A DNA stretch of 64,000 nt from a virus, in the IMG/VR virus record IMGVR_UViG_3300049979_000188, one strand, 5' to 3'. The notes below the pieces were generated by a model. It saw only the letters and a list, made by a program, of their open reading frames with translations, was not told where the DNA came from and did not search any database. Both the position numbers and the translations under genes were made by a program. Positions 18,093 through 27,425 of this stretch are shown here, in pieces. Position 1 is the stretch's first letter; the number at the start of each line of letters is the position of its first letter.

Positions 18093-18658
18093 GTTTTCTT
18101 GTTTTTATGCGCCTTAACTAAGGCGCGATGCTTCTTGCCCAGCTCCTGCAGGTAAGCCTTTACCTGCACGGGTTCACCCAGCTCGGGTACCCACCACTTG
18201 AACATAGCTGCCGGGTAAGTATGGCCGCCACCGGCTACCCAATGAGGACCTCTACCCAGGTAATTCTGCTCGTATCCCGCATTAAACCAGCCGGCGCTCT
18301 GAAAGGGCGTGTAGACAAAGCAGCGCTGCCCATCCATGGGTGGCTCCGTGGCTGTCTCACGAGGCCGTATCAATTCCCAAGCCGGCTCCACGGCCTGCAC
18401 GCGTAGCCAAAGGGCAAGCTCTGCGCTACGAATGGGGGAGATGTGGCTCAAATAACCGGCCAGGGTCTTGCTTGTCACGCAGAAAGGCTCGTGCAAGCCT
18501 TTGCAGTGCTGGGTGTAGGTGTGCGCTTCCTTGCGAGTGTAGAAAGCAGCTTCGGTAATCGAGTCGGTATAGGTCTTACCACCGGGTAGCCAGTAGGGGG
18601 CCACCGTGGTCTCCCGATACCCCACGGCCAGGATGACATAATCTTTGCGCGCGCCCAT
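18089..18658 (-). CDS. Hypothetical protein
   Basis: Start moved to MGARKD. Confidence 0.6.
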   Translation of the reverse strand: MGARKDYVILAVGYRETTVAPYWLPGGKTYTDSITEAAFYTRKEAHTYTQHCKGLHEPFCVTSKTLAGYLSHISPIRSAELALWLRVQAVEPAWELIRPRETATEPPMDGQRCFVYTPFQSAGWFNAGYEQNYLGRGPHWVAGGGHTYPAAMFKWWVPELGEPVQVKAYLQELGKKHRALVKAHKNKKT

Positions 18659-18662
18659 CTGT

Positions 18663-19334
18663 TTACGCAATGGGATTGGCCAGCAACCAGGCATCCGCCT
18701 CGTGGCGCTTGCAACGGTGCGCAATCGTCACGCCGTGGGCAAAACCATTATCGGCCTCGATGCGGTCAGCGTCCTGCTTAGGCAGAATGTAGTAGGTAAA
18801 GGTTTGGTTACGCCCAAACGGACCCTTGAGAATAACCACCGGGGCCTGGGTATCCTGATACGCTTCAGAAAGGTAATTCAGAACTTCCTGGGACGTTGGC
18901 TGCTGGCCGGGCCCGTACTCTGTGTCAACAAGGATGAGTTTACCCAGGAGCTTAAAGTAGTCCAGCTCACCCTCGCGCACCATACCGCCGAAGGCTTCAT
19001 CCAGGAAAGAGGCGGCATAGCCTGCCGTCCCATCGAGGTCAACCACCAGTACTTGGGCGGGGGTAGCCGGGTCCAGGCAGTCACGCAGCAACGGTACTAG
19101 TCGGGCCCGCAGTTCTTCGCCACTGAAGCCGGGCTCAGCATGCATCTGCCGGGTACGCCCACCAGGCGTATCCGTGAAATCCCGAGCCACGGAGAAGTAG
19201 TGCACGCGGGGCTCGTCTACCACGAGCTCAGCTAAACTCAGGCCAGCTACGGTATGCTGGGGCTCAGGGGAGTTATCGGCTAGCACGGACAGGTGCTCCA
19301 GCAGAGTAACCGTATCAAAACGAGAAGTGGACAT
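18663..19334 (-). CDS. STAS-like (DUF4325-type) domain protein
   Basis: VARDFTDTPGGR...SGEELR...LVVDLDGTAGYAASFLDEAFGGMVR. Confidence 0.7.
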   Translation of the reverse strand: MSTSRFDTVTLLEHLSVLADNSPEPQHTVAGLSLAELVVDEPRVHYFSVARDFTDTPGGRTRQMHAEPGFSGEELRARLVPLLRDCLDPATPAQVLVVDLDGTAGYAASFLDEAFGGMVREGELDYFKLLGKLILVDTEYGPGQQPTSQEVLNYLSEAYQDTQAPVVILKGPFGRNQTFTYYILPKQDADRIEADNGFAHGVTIAHRCKRHEADAWLLANPIA

Positions 19335-19386
19335 TAACGTAAACAGGTTGGTTTCCCCTTAGTTTACGTTAATGTCCACTTCCGCG

Positions 19387-19893
19387 TTACCAGGGTAAGA
19401 ACCTAGCGGTGAAGTAGCGGGCCAGCTCATGCACGTAGTGCAGCTCGTGGCGGATACCAGCTTGGTCGAGCTCGTCGATGACCCAGCGCTCGTTATTGGT
19501 TTGCCAGATGTCCACCCCTTGACGAGACCAGGTATAGGGCTCATCACCACCAGGGTCCCGGTAATCAAATCCCAAGCGAGCCAGGACTTGCTCGGTGAGC
19601 AGCTCGGGGGCGGGCGCAAACCCGGTGGCATAAAGTAACTCGTCAAAAAAAGCCTCGCCGGGTAGTACAAACTCAAAGGCGGATTCATCGACATCCACCA
19701 AGGTAACGTTCCCATCCGTTGGCGTTACGTAGATGTGACGCCGACCCTTGGTGAGCAGCGTGAGGAAGGGCTCGTGGGCTACCGACTCGTGGCTTTGAAA
19801 GTAGATGTTGTTCTGCCCCGGCTCGTGGGACCAAACTGGCCAAAAGCCACACGCCCGCATTTTAGCCTCATCAGGAAGATAGGTTACGCGCAT
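19387..19893 (-). CDS. Hypothetical protein
   Basis: 168-aa ORF; stop lies within -35 element. Confidence 0.65.
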   Translation of the reverse strand: MRVTYLPDEAKMRACGFWPVWSHEPGQNNIYFQSHESVAHEPFLTLLTKGRRHIYVTPTDGNVTLVDVDESAFEFVLPGEAFFDELLYATGFAPAPELLTEQVLARLGFDYRDPGGDEPYTWSRQGVDIWQTNNERWVIDELDQAGIRHELHYVHELARYFTARFLPW

Positions 19894-20177
19894 TCACCCA
19901 GCTCCTTTAACTTGGCGTTGACTTCTGCCACAATAGCCTTGAGCTTGGGGGTCTCATCTTCGGCGTAGTACGTTACCTGGTTCCGCTCGACCCAGTACTT
20001 GCCCCCAAAGCCCAGGGCCCCGCCAAAGCGAAACTCGTGGCAATCGTTACGCACGTGGTGGTAGATAAAGCTTTCCCGGCAGGACTCGGGGGCGCTGACC
20101 AGTACGGCCAGTACGTCGTAGATTTTATTGGCTTGCTCCGGACTCATGGGCTTCTTTACTAAGGGTGATGCTAACAC
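19884..20177 (-). CDS. Conserved phage hypothetical protein
   Basis: EFRFGGALGFGGKYW...TYYAEDETP motif recurrent in phage hypotheticals. Confidence 0.6.
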   Translation of the reverse strand: MLASPLVKKPMSPEQANKIYDVLAVLVSAPESCRESFIYHHVRNDCHEFRFGGALGFGGKYWVERNQVTYYAEDETPKLKAIVAEVNAKLKELGECA

Positions 20178-20376
20178 TGTAACCCAGTACCCCGAATACC
20201 TTGTAGAGGGTACTCAGGGTCACATTCAAGCTATTACACTCAATCTTGGATATTTGATTTTTCTGGACCCCAAGCCGTTCACCGAGCTGGGTTTGGGTGA
20301 GGCGCTGGGCCTTGCGGTATTCCCGTACTTTGGCACCAATAAGCTCGCGCTGGAGGGTAACTTGCTGGTCTTCCAT
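20125..20376 (-). CDS. XRE-family HTH regulator (HipB/HigA-like)
   Basis: IGAKVREYRKAQRLTQTQLGERLGVQKNQISKIE....VTLSTLYKVF. Confidence 0.85.
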   Translation of the reverse strand: MEDQQVTLQRELIGAKVREYRKAQRLTQTQLGERLGVQKNQISKIECNSLNVTLSTLYKVFGVLGYSVSITLSKEAHESGASQ

Positions 20377-20381
20377 TGGTT

Positions 20382-20762
20382 TTAGCGCCGCTTGATGTCA
20401 CCCGAGACCGTCTTAACACTACCAGCCACGGTTCCGCAGTGCACATCACCCGAGGTAGTCGTAACAGAGCCGGTTACGTTGCCTTTCACCCGCACGTCAC
20501 CCGACGTATTCTCCACCGAGCCGCTGACCAGACCGCCCACCTCGACGTTGCCCGACGTAGTGCGCAGGGTGCCCACGTCACCCGTGACAATACACTGCAC
20601 GCAGGTATCGACGCTGAGCGTAGCTACCGGACCGGTGATGTAGAGGTTAACCTGCTTTTTATCCGCACCGGGCGGGAAAATTTCCCGCCCGTCGATAAAA
20701 TACTGACCGTCTTTGATGCTGAGGTTATTGCCCTCAAAACTCATGTTATTGATGGTCACCAT
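20382..20762 (-). CDS. Beta-solenoid repeat protein (TSGDV repeats)
   Basis: Repeats TTSGNV, NTSGDV, TTSGDV, TVSGDI. Confidence 0.65.
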   Translation of the reverse strand: MVTINNMSFEGNNLSIKDGQYFIDGREIFPPGADKKQVNLYITGPVATLSVDTCVQCIVTGDVGTLRTTSGNVEVGGLVSGSVENTSGDVRVKGNVTGSVTTTSGDVHCGTVAGSVKTVSGDIKRR

Positions 20763-20765
20763 ACC

Positions 20766-21224
20766 TTAGTGAAGCGAGAGGTGGGGAATGAGCTGGACAA
20801 ATTCGCTGCCCTCGACTTGGTTAGGCCCGAAGCGGTCGATGGCGTACGAATTAAAGTAGGGCGCATTAGCTGAGAAGCCCATGATGCGAATACCGGGAAT
20901 CCCATCAGCGCGCGAGTTAACGGGACGCGTGGCATACCACTGGCCCTGCTCGGGCCAATCCCCGACGTGATTGAAGGGACGGTTGTCGTCGCGCTCGCAG
21001 CGTACGTACGTCAGGTGCGCGTCGTAGACGCCAATGTCGCGGCACACGAAAGGCTGGCCACAGGCCAGGAGCCGGCGCGCGTAGGCGGAGAGAAAGTATT
21101 CGTCGCGCACTACCTCGCGCGGTACGTGCATGGCGTCGGCCATGGTAAAGTCACCGGAAATTTCCCGACCTGAAGAATGCATGGGGTTCATGTGGTTAGT
21201 CATTGCTCTATACGTAATAGCCAC
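20766..21224 (-). CDS. Hypothetical protein
   Basis: 152-aa ORF, coupled to neighbour. Confidence 0.65.
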   Translation of the reverse strand: MAITYRAMTNHMNPMHSSGREISGDFTMADAMHVPREVVRDEYFLSAYARRLLACGQPFVCRDIGVYDAHLTYVRCERDDNRPFNHVGDWPEQGQWYATRPVNSRADGIPGIRIMGFSANAPYFNSYAIDRFGPNQVEGSEFVQLIPHLSLH

Positions 21225-21535
21225 TAGGCGGCCACCCGGGCTGGGTCAATCTGCAGGGCCTGGGCCTCGCGCACGGTTTCCACAAACACCCACTCCACGC
21301 CGGCCAAGCCATTGGTGCCGTTGAGTCGCGGATGAATCTCGCCGACCCACCAGGCCGTAAAGTCGGCCACGGCCGCGGCGATAATGGCGGGCTGAAACCC
21401 GAGGTAGCGCTCTGAGCGCGGGGTGACAAGCAATGGCTTGCTCAAATCCAGGTGGGGGCTGGTGAACTCGTAGCTACTGGCTTGGTAACGCAGGGGCTTG
21501 AGGCGTTCGGCGTCGGTGAAGAAGGGAAGTTGCAT
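21224..21535 (-). CDS. Hypothetical protein
   Basis: 103-aa ORF. Confidence 0.6.
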   Translation of the reverse strand: MQLPFFTDAERLKPLRYQASSYEFTSPHLDLSKPLLVTPRSERYLGFQPAIIAAAVADFTAWWVGEIHPRLNGTNGLAGVEWVFVETVREAQALQIDPARVAA

Positions 21536-21539
21536 CGCA

Positions 21540-22070
21540 TCAGGCGGCTTGACGTAGCAGCAAACGTAAGGGTTCGAAAAGGGGTACTAAACTAGCCAGG
21601 CCCTGGGTCACGACTTGCTCCATCACCCGGGCCTGGGAAAAGGGGAAGCTGCCTTCAAAAATATCCTCGTATCCGTCGTAGCCTTGGGCGTGGGTAATGA
21701 GCTCGGGGTGAGCCCCTAAAAAGCGGTACCAAAGGGAAATATAATACTGGATAACCAAGTCATCCATGCTTCGGTTGCTCGTCCCCAGGGTAACCCCGTT
21801 CGGGAGCTCAAAGTAGAGCAGCTCCAGCCCAGCCCGCTGACGTTCTTTGGCCTGGCGCCAGTCCTGGGCTTTGAGTAACTGCTGGTCCGCGCTCAGAAAG
21901 ACCTTGGTCGATTGGTAATGGTCTTCGATGGAACGCAGCTGCCCAAAGGAGACGACAGGGCAAAAGAAAGGGGAGTATTCCTTGGCGCCCCTGGAATGAC
22001 ACTGCAACAAGCGGCGCCCCTCGGAGTCGATACGCACCCGGCCGTTATCGACGTACTGGCTGTAGCGCAC
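21540..22070 (-). CDS. Hypothetical protein, possibly NADAR-like
   Basis: LQCHSRGAKEYSPF...SIEDHYQSTK; weak resemblance only. Confidence 0.5.
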   Translation of the reverse strand: MRYSQYVDNGRVRIDSEGRRLLQCHSRGAKEYSPFFCPVVSFGQLRSIEDHYQSTKVFLSADQQLLKAQDWRQAKERQRAGLELLYFELPNGVTLGTSNRSMDDLVIQYYISLWYRFLGAHPELITHAQGYDGYEDIFEGSFPFSQARVMEQVVTQGLASLVPLFEPLRLLLRQAA

Positions 22071-22467
22071 GGTGACGAGGCGTTAGGGGAAAAAAGAACT
22101 GGGTGAACACTTCCCAAAAGGCCTTCGCCTGGGGTAACTCCAGCAGGGTATGCAGCAGGCTGTCGGCCAGGCCTTCCCCCAGGGAAAAGGCATCTACTTG
22201 GCGCAGGGCTTTGTGAAACTCGTGGGTACTGGTCTCACCCGTTTTGTAGTAGAGGCCTACGCGCAGCATTTTGCCAAAGTCAGCGTGCCCCACTAGCTTG
22301 ATGAAAATGCTGACGCTGACCAGAAACGTGGTCTCGTCCTCCGTGTAGGGGCTATAGCGGACGGGCTCCTCGGCCCGCAGGCGTAGCTCCTGGTAAAATT
22401 GCTTGCTCAAGTCCTTATCAGAGAGCAAGCGCAATTGTTCGCGTACCTGGGTGGTATAGTCGTTCAT
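22045..22467 (-). CDS. Hypothetical protein
   Basis: 140-aa ORF after promoter 22496-22523. Confidence 0.65.
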   Translation of the reverse strand: MNDYTTQVREQLRLLSDKDLSKQFYQELRLRAEEPVRYSPYTEDETTFLVSVSIFIKLVGHADFGKMLRVGLYYKTGETSTHEFHKALRQVDAFSLGEGLADSLLHTLLELPQAKAFWEVFTQFFFPLTPRHRALQPVRR

Positions 22468-22558
22468 ACACTAAAAAAGAAATCGGCCACTTCTTTTTAC
22501 GGAAAATGGCCGATTCACGTTACCTCTACTTGATGAGCGGTGCGGGTAGAAACCCTTG

Positions 22559-22834
22559 CTACATTTCAATAACTTTACCGGTTTGCTTATCCCGGTAGTA
22601 ATTCGTGCCATCGAGGGCGTTGTAGCCGAGGTAATCGTAGTTTTGCTTGATACGCACTTCCTCGCGCAAGTCACCAAAGGTGAGCGGGTTGTACTTGGCT
22701 TCAAACAGAACAACCCCGGTGATAAAAAAGGGGATAAGCACAATTAACCACCAGCTATACTCGTGGGCCAGAAACACGAGGCCGATGAAGCCAACGGGTA
22801 TAGCCAGCGGGGACCACTTAGCGAGCGTCTTCAT
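22559..22834 (-). CDS. Small membrane protein
   Basis: Two N-terminal hydrophobic helices. Confidence 0.65.
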   Translation of the reverse strand: MKTLAKWSPLAIPVGFIGLVFLAHEYSWWLIVLIPFFITGVVLFEAKYNPLTFGDLREEVRIKQNYDYLGYNALDGTNYYRDKQTGKVIEM

Positions 22835-22838
22835 CGGC

Positions 22839-23177
22839 TTAGAGTGTTTTTACCCGTACGCTGGCTCCGAGCTGTACTTCCTCAAAACGCGAAGCCGGAA
22901 TTTGGATGGGGTAGCGGGCAATAAGACTGGCCACCGTGGGCGACACCTTCGGGTAGGACTTGAGGCTAGTTTGCTTGATGCGCAAGGCATCGCGCTTGGT
23001 GCTGATTTCTGCAACCATTACTTTCTCCAAGCGGTCAGGCAAGTGGGTGTACATGACTGGGACCAGACTTACCACGGCTCCGGTCTTGGGCTCCTGGCCG
23101 TAATAAGGGAGTTCGAATTCGTGGGTCGTAACCTCGGTTACTTCACGGACAGCTTCTACGTTTACCGTAACTTTCAT
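22839..23177 (-). CDS. Hypothetical protein
   Basis: 112-aa ORF after promoter 23205-23232. Confidence 0.65.
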   Translation of the reverse strand: MKVTVNVEAVREVTEVTTHEFELPYYGQEPKTGAVVSLVPVMYTHLPDRLEKVMVAEISTKRDALRIKQTSLKSYPKVSPTVASLIARYPIQIPASRFEEVQLGASVRVKTL

Positions 23178-23228
23178 ACTGGTTGGGGATTGGTTTCAGC
23201 TTAGTTTACGCTTTCCCCGAGCCCGGCG

Positions 23229-23846
23229 TTACCGTCGGTCTAGCAAAAGTCCCAGGCTTTGCGTGTCTGCCTTGGCCAGACGCAGGTTACTGTAGGCTTT
23301 ATTACCGGTGACTTCCACGCTGCCTACCCCGTGAAACAGGGCCGGGAATACAAGCTGCTCGTCCTGCGTGGCCAGTTCACGCTCAGCCACCACCAAGCCC
23401 TCGTGACGTCCGTGGTAGACGTCGATGGCCCAGTCCTCGATAACAAAGCGGCTTTTGAGTAGCTTGTGCGGGCTATTTTGGTAGAGGAGCACCCCAGCGG
23501 CAATGGTGGTGACTTCCTCCTGCTCTTCGCGCACGAGGCCACTGCCTTTTTTGTGCGTTACCACGGCTCCCGAGTAGTTAACCCCATTGATATTGACGTA
23601 GCTACTGGGCTCGGCTCCCTGGTAGCGATAGAGGCGCACGCGCAGCTCGCTGTCCCCGTCGTCAAGCAAGTAACCCTGCCAGATGCGAATGGGCTCCACG
23701 TAAGGCTCCAGCAGCAGCAGGCGGCTCAGGATAGTTTCGTCGAGCACGTACTTACGCTCAATCTCCAGCTTGGGGGCGATAGTTACCGGGTGCACGAGCG
23801 TGCCCAGCGTCTCAAGGGTCTGGTGGGGGTGTCGTTTGGCTACCAT
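23229..23846 (-). CDS. CYTH / triphosphate tunnel metalloenzyme
   Basis: EIERKY, IWQGYL, ELRVRL, KGSGLVREE.E, DVYHG..EGLVVAE.EL, EVTG..AYSN..LA. Confidence 0.88.
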   Translation of the reverse strand: MVAKRHPHQTLETLGTLVHPVTIAPKLEIERKYVLDETILSRLLLLEPYVEPIRIWQGYLLDDGDSELRVRLYRYQGAEPSSYVNINGVNYSGAVVTHKKGSGLVREEQEEVTTIAAGVLLYQNSPHKLLKSRFVIEDWAIDVYHGRHEGLVVAERELATQDEQLVFPALFHGVGSVEVTGNKAYSNLRLAKADTQSLGLLLDRR

Positions 23847-23858
23847 AGTACTAGCTGC

Positions 23859-24299
23859 TTAATAAGGGCGGTGACGCTTAAGAGTAAGTGCCAGCTTAAA
23901 CGTGCGCAACAGCCGCAGTAGCCGCGAGGGTTGGTAAGCTGGTACGCTGACGGGGTCCGTGAACTGAATGACGGGCATACCGGTACCACGGTAATAGAGC
24001 CCATCCCAGAAAAGCGCCAGGTGACGCCCACTCACCCAGTGCACTTCGGCCTGGGGGTCAAAGCGGATACCCTGGCGGAGCAAAAAAGTAAGCAACTCCT
24101 TCTGCAGGCAGATGGGCACTTCACTCAGGGCCGTATAGCGCTGCAAGCCTCGGACCACCAGGTCTTGCATATAGCGGACCAAGTCCGTGAGGCTTCCCTC
24201 GTAGGTTTTATACCCCCCCACTAGCTCGACAGGCGGGGTAGCGGCGCCCCAGATGTGGACCAGGTCTTGCTGGAAGCTATGGACAACTGTATCAGTCAT
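23859..24299 (-). CDS. Hypothetical protein
   Basis: 146-aa ORF. Confidence 0.6.
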   Translation of the reverse strand: MTDTVVHSFQQDLVHIWGAATPPVELVGGYKTYEGSLTDLVRYMQDLVVRGLQRYTALSEVPICLQKELLTFLLRQGIRFDPQAEVHWVSGRHLALFWDGLYYRGTGMPVIQFTDPVSVPAYQPSRLLRLLRTFKLALTLKRHRPY

Positions 24300-24311
24300 A
24301 CTAGGTAGTAG

Positions 24312-24950
24312 TTAATCGAGTTGAGGTGTTTTGGGTGGGGCTTCTCCCCGCTTGATGGCCTGGTGGGCATCGCCAAGCGCAGCCTGGTACGTCTGCTGGC
24401 TACTGAAGTAAGCCGTTGGGAAATTGAGCGGTGCGGGGTGGCTTTGACGCCGGCGTAGCAACCGGTCGATTGCCGCGGCAAGTAGCGAGCCGGCCTTCAT
24501 CAGCGCGCGTACCGGGTCGGCGGTGGGCTTAAAGCCTTCCACCTCCCAGGGCCAGTAACGTAGTCCTTTACGACGACTACGCTCGTAGTCAACGGGAACC
24601 TCACACTCCTCTCCGAAGACGTGGTAATCGGCAACTTCCAGGTAAGCCTGGGAAGCAACCATTAAGTCAACGTGGTTATGCTGGTCGTCGTGGGCCGCAT
24701 CGTACTGGATTTGGTCACGCAAGCGCTGCGCCAGGATGAGACCGGCACCTGAGTTCTGCGCGTTAAGCAGCAGTTGCAGCTGCTTGGCCAAGGTCCGGGT
24801 GGCTTGCTGGGTCTCCCCGAAACAGCTGACATCTACGAGGAATCCCTTTACATATTGCCCATCGTCGGTATTGCTGAGCACATCCTGGGGCACCAAGGTG
24901 TAGAGGCGGGTACCATCAAGGTACCAGTGGTTTTGGGTCGGGTCTACCAT
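24312..24950 (-). CDS. Conserved phage hypothetical protein
   Basis: HDDQH...YWPWE..GFKP...RALMKAGSLLAAAIDRL motif common in phage hypotheticals. Confidence 0.7.
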   Translation of the reverse strand: MVDPTQNHWYLDGTRLYTLVPQDVLSNTDDGQYVKGFLVDVSCFGETQQATRTLAKQLQLLLNAQNSGAGLILAQRLRDQIQYDAAHDDQHNHVDLMVASQAYLEVADYHVFGEECEVPVDYERSRRKGLRYWPWEVEGFKPTADPVRALMKAGSLLAAAIDRLLRRRQSHPAPLNFPTAYFSSQQTYQAALGDAHQAIKRGEAPPKTPQLD

Positions 24951-25510
24951 TTGACGACAATGCTGTGACGGCCAACCTTGACTTTGTAGCCGTGGTAATT
25001 GAAATAAGCCAGGTCGGCGAAAAGGTCACCCTCGCAGCGTTCGATGAGAATACGCAGGCGAAATTGCTTTTCAGCCAGTGCCCGTTGAAACAGTTTCTCC
25101 GTACTCGGGGAGAGTGCCTCGGGAATAGGCTTGCCATAACTGGCCTCGATGACGTGCTTACGGGCTTCTTGGGCATTCATAGTAAAAAAGGTATGTTGAT
25201 GACGTATACGTTGCCAGACATCGTTGTACTGCTCGGGCGTAAAGTGCAGCACCGGGCGTAAGAGTTCAATGGGCACCGCCTCCGGTTCGGCCCGCAAACT
25301 GGCGTAGTCTTCCTGCATGCGACGGATAATGCCTTCCACTTGCTCGTGAATGGTCCAGAGCTGGTTGTTGTCGCGCCGGCTGATAAACGAAGCCCGGGGC
25401 ACATTACGGCCCCGGGCAATGCGTACCACGAGCTGAAGCAGGGCAATCTCCCACTGCTTGCGCGAATGACGTAGCCAGTGCCTGGGCTTAAGCCACAGAG
25501 GGCACTTCAT
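24944..25510 (-). CDS. Hypothetical protein
   Basis: Start moved to MKCPLW. Confidence 0.6.
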   Translation of the reverse strand: MKCPLWLKPRHWLRHSRKQWEIALLQLVVRIARGRNVPRASFISRRDNNQLWTIHEQVEGIIRRMQEDYASLRAEPEAVPIELLRPVLHFTPEQYNDVWQRIRHQHTFFTMNAQEARKHVIEASYGKPIPEALSPSTEKLFQRALAEKQFRLRILIERCEGDLFADLAYFNYHGYKVKVGRHSIVVKW

Positions 25511-25913
25511 GGAGCGGTGGCTGAGGTGAAGTAGCCCAGCCCACAAGTGGGGCCAGGCGGGTAAGGCCGTCGGCTTCGAAGCCATTGAGCAGGTGCTGGA
25601 TGGCCTGCAGCGTGGGCATGGGTTCTTGCCCCAGGCTTAAGCTTCCCGATTGGAAGTGCTGCTCGTTACCAGACCCAAAGATAATGTCGCGACGGACCTG
25701 GTTGAGGTACTGCTGAATGCCTTGAAAGCGGGTAGTCATCACCCGCAGCGTATCGAGCGTGGAGGTATGGGCTGCTTGTACCAGCGCCAGTTGCTTGGCT
25801 GCCTCAATGACGAGTCCTACCTGGGGATTGGCGGCAATGAAATCGGGTGAGCTGAAGTTGAGAATACCCAGTTCCAGCTCCACGATGGCTTGCTCAAGAG
25901 GTGTTCTATCCAT
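25488..25913 (-). CDS. Hypothetical protein
   Basis: 141-aa ORF. Confidence 0.6.
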   Translation of the reverse strand: MDRTPLEQAIVELELGILNFSSPDFIAANPQVGLVIEAAKQLALVQAAHTSTLDTLRVMTTRFQGIQQYLNQVRRDIIFGSGNEQHFQSGSLSLGQEPMPTLQAIQHLLNGFEADGLTRLAPLVGWATSPQPPLHEVPSVA

Positions 25914-26520
25914 GGGTAGCGGTGGCTTCGGCCAGGACCGTAGGTTGAAGAATATAGTTTTCGGGGCTCAGGCCAGCTGGAAACCGGCGCCGGCGCAAAA
26001 AGTCGAGGTAGAAGGGACTCATATCCCAGTCACTGCGACTCGTGTTAGTCACCCACCCACGATTCAACCAGAACATGGACCGACGCTCGCCCATTCGCGG
26101 GTTATAACCCGTGACGTAGATTGCCGTTTGCTCGCCATCGAAAGGACGAAATTCCCCTTCCAACTCCGTCCAAGTCTCGGGGTTGTTGCCCTGAGTAATG
26201 CGCAGTTGCAAGTAGGATGCCAACCCAGTGAGTACGCTGGGGGTGGCTACTTCTTCAAAGGGCCGCAGGACCAGGATAACCGATTCGGGGGCTGCCCATT
26301 CCACCCCTACTTCCTCGCCCGTTTCCTTGTCGTAAAAGGTGATACGCACCGGGAAAGGTGCTTCGTCCTTGCTAATGCCCGTCAGGCGGCAGCTAAGCTT
26401 CCGGCTAGAATATTTTTGCGGGTTCGTCTTGAGGCGAACTTCGGGTCGAGCCGTGACAAAGTGGGCGAGCTGGTCGAGGCTGGCGCCGAGTTTACCGTCG
26501 AGTTGTTTTTTTGTTGCCAT
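25906..26520 (-). CDS. Hypothetical protein
   Basis: 204-aa ORF. Confidence 0.65.
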   Translation of the reverse strand: MATKKQLDGKLGASLDQLAHFVTARPEVRLKTNPQKYSSRKLSCRLTGISKDEAPFPVRITFYDKETGEEVGVEWAAPESVILVLRPFEEVATPSVLTGLASYLQLRITQGNNPETWTELEGEFRPFDGEQTAIYVTGYNPRMGERRSMFWLNRGWVTNTSRSDWDMSPFYLDFLRRRRFPAGLSPENYILQPTVLAEATATHG

Positions 26521-26526
26521 TACTTC

Positions 26527-26751
26527 TTACTGAATGGGGTGGTCTTCCTTGAGGCGCTGCATATTCACCCCGTTGTACTTACGCCGAATATCGGCTACAT
26601 TCTCACCAGGCTTCACAAAGACCGGGTACTGCTCGTAGCTAAACGTGTCGCTTACGTAGCTAAACGTGTCGCTTACCACGAACAAGTGAATAGCGCCTTC
26701 GGCCTTGCCGCGCGCCAACCACTGCTTGACTTCCTCCCGAGTAATGCACAT
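26527..26751 (-). CDS. Small phage protein with in-frame 7-aa tandem duplication
   Basis: VSDTFSY-VSDTFSY; exact 21-bp tandem repeat 26635-26676. Confidence 0.7.
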   Translation of the reverse strand: MCITREEVKQWLARGKAEGAIHLFVVSDTFSYVSDTFSYEQYPVFVKPGENVADIRRKYNGVNMQRLKEDHPIQ

Positions 26752-26760
26752 AGTAAAAAA

Positions 26761-27102
26761 TTAATAATCCCAAAAATAAGCAGCGTAGAGCTGCCCGTAG
26801 TAGGCGTGTTTACGGTCAAGTTCAACTTGGCGGCCACTACTTTTGGTCCCTTCCTCTCGACGCCGCGCCTCCCGCTGAAAGGCAATACCAGCCGCCTCGG
26901 CCATGGGCTCGGTGGAGTAAAAATACGTATTGCCCATGTAGCCGTAGTGGTAGCAAACCGCCAACTCCTTGGCCTGGTTGAAGGTGAGCTCCGCAGTACC
27001 AATAGGGCCTAGCTTCTTAGGCGTCGTGGTGAGTTTGGGCGCCATGTCCCGGTACGTGATGAGCGGCGGGGGCGTAGTAGCCGGTAGGTTTGAGTGGGGC
27101 AT
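26761..27102 (-). CDS. Hypothetical protein
   Basis: 113-aa ORF. Confidence 0.6.
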   Translation of the reverse strand: MPHSNLPATTPPPLITYRDMAPKLTTTPKKLGPIGTAELTFNQAKELAVCYHYGYMGNTYFYSTEPMAEAAGIAFQREARRREEGTKSSGRQVELDRKHAYYGQLYAAYFWDY

Positions 27103-27107
27103 AGCAC

Positions 27108-27425
27108 TTACTGTAAATGAGCCGGGAAGGGTAAGCCGGCGAGCTCAGGCTCCAGGCGGCGTAGCTCCCGCTCGGCCTCCCCAATCTTGCGCCAGGCAAT
27201 TGCCTGCAGGGCCTGCCAGATTTCGGGCTCCTCGCCCAGGGGCATGAGGGTTTTATCGGGCAAGTGCAGCTGCAGGTGGTGAATATGTGAGTAGGGCGGG
27301 TACTGGCTCGACCCAGCGGCGAGCATGGCCAGCAGCGTCTCGTTGGTACGGATAACGAGGTACTGCCCCCACTCTTCCGTCGAGCGCATCTGGTTAAACG
27401 GTTTACGCAGGGGCAGCAGCTCCAT
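27108..27425 (-). CDS. Hypothetical protein
   Basis: 105-aa ORF. Confidence 0.6.
   Translation of the reverse strand: MELLPLRKPFNQMRSTEEWGQYLVIRTNETLLAMLAAGSSQYPPYSHIHHLQLHLPDKTLMPLGEEPEIWQALQAIAWRKIGEAERELRRLEPELAGLPFPAHLQ

Noticed and set aside
20125-20376. Toxin-antitoxin pair around the XRE gene
   Set aside because: Neither neighbour resembles a HipA/HigB/RelE toxin.
21540-22070. Firm NADAR/anti-DarT assignment
   Set aside because: Only partial motif resemblance; needs an HMM or structure search.
25759-27012. 417-aa plus-strand ORF and similar long antisense ORFs (e.g. 9780-10283, 45793-46473, 61167-61934)
   Set aside because: Shadow frames opposite well-supported genes in GC-rich DNA; no promoters in that orientation.
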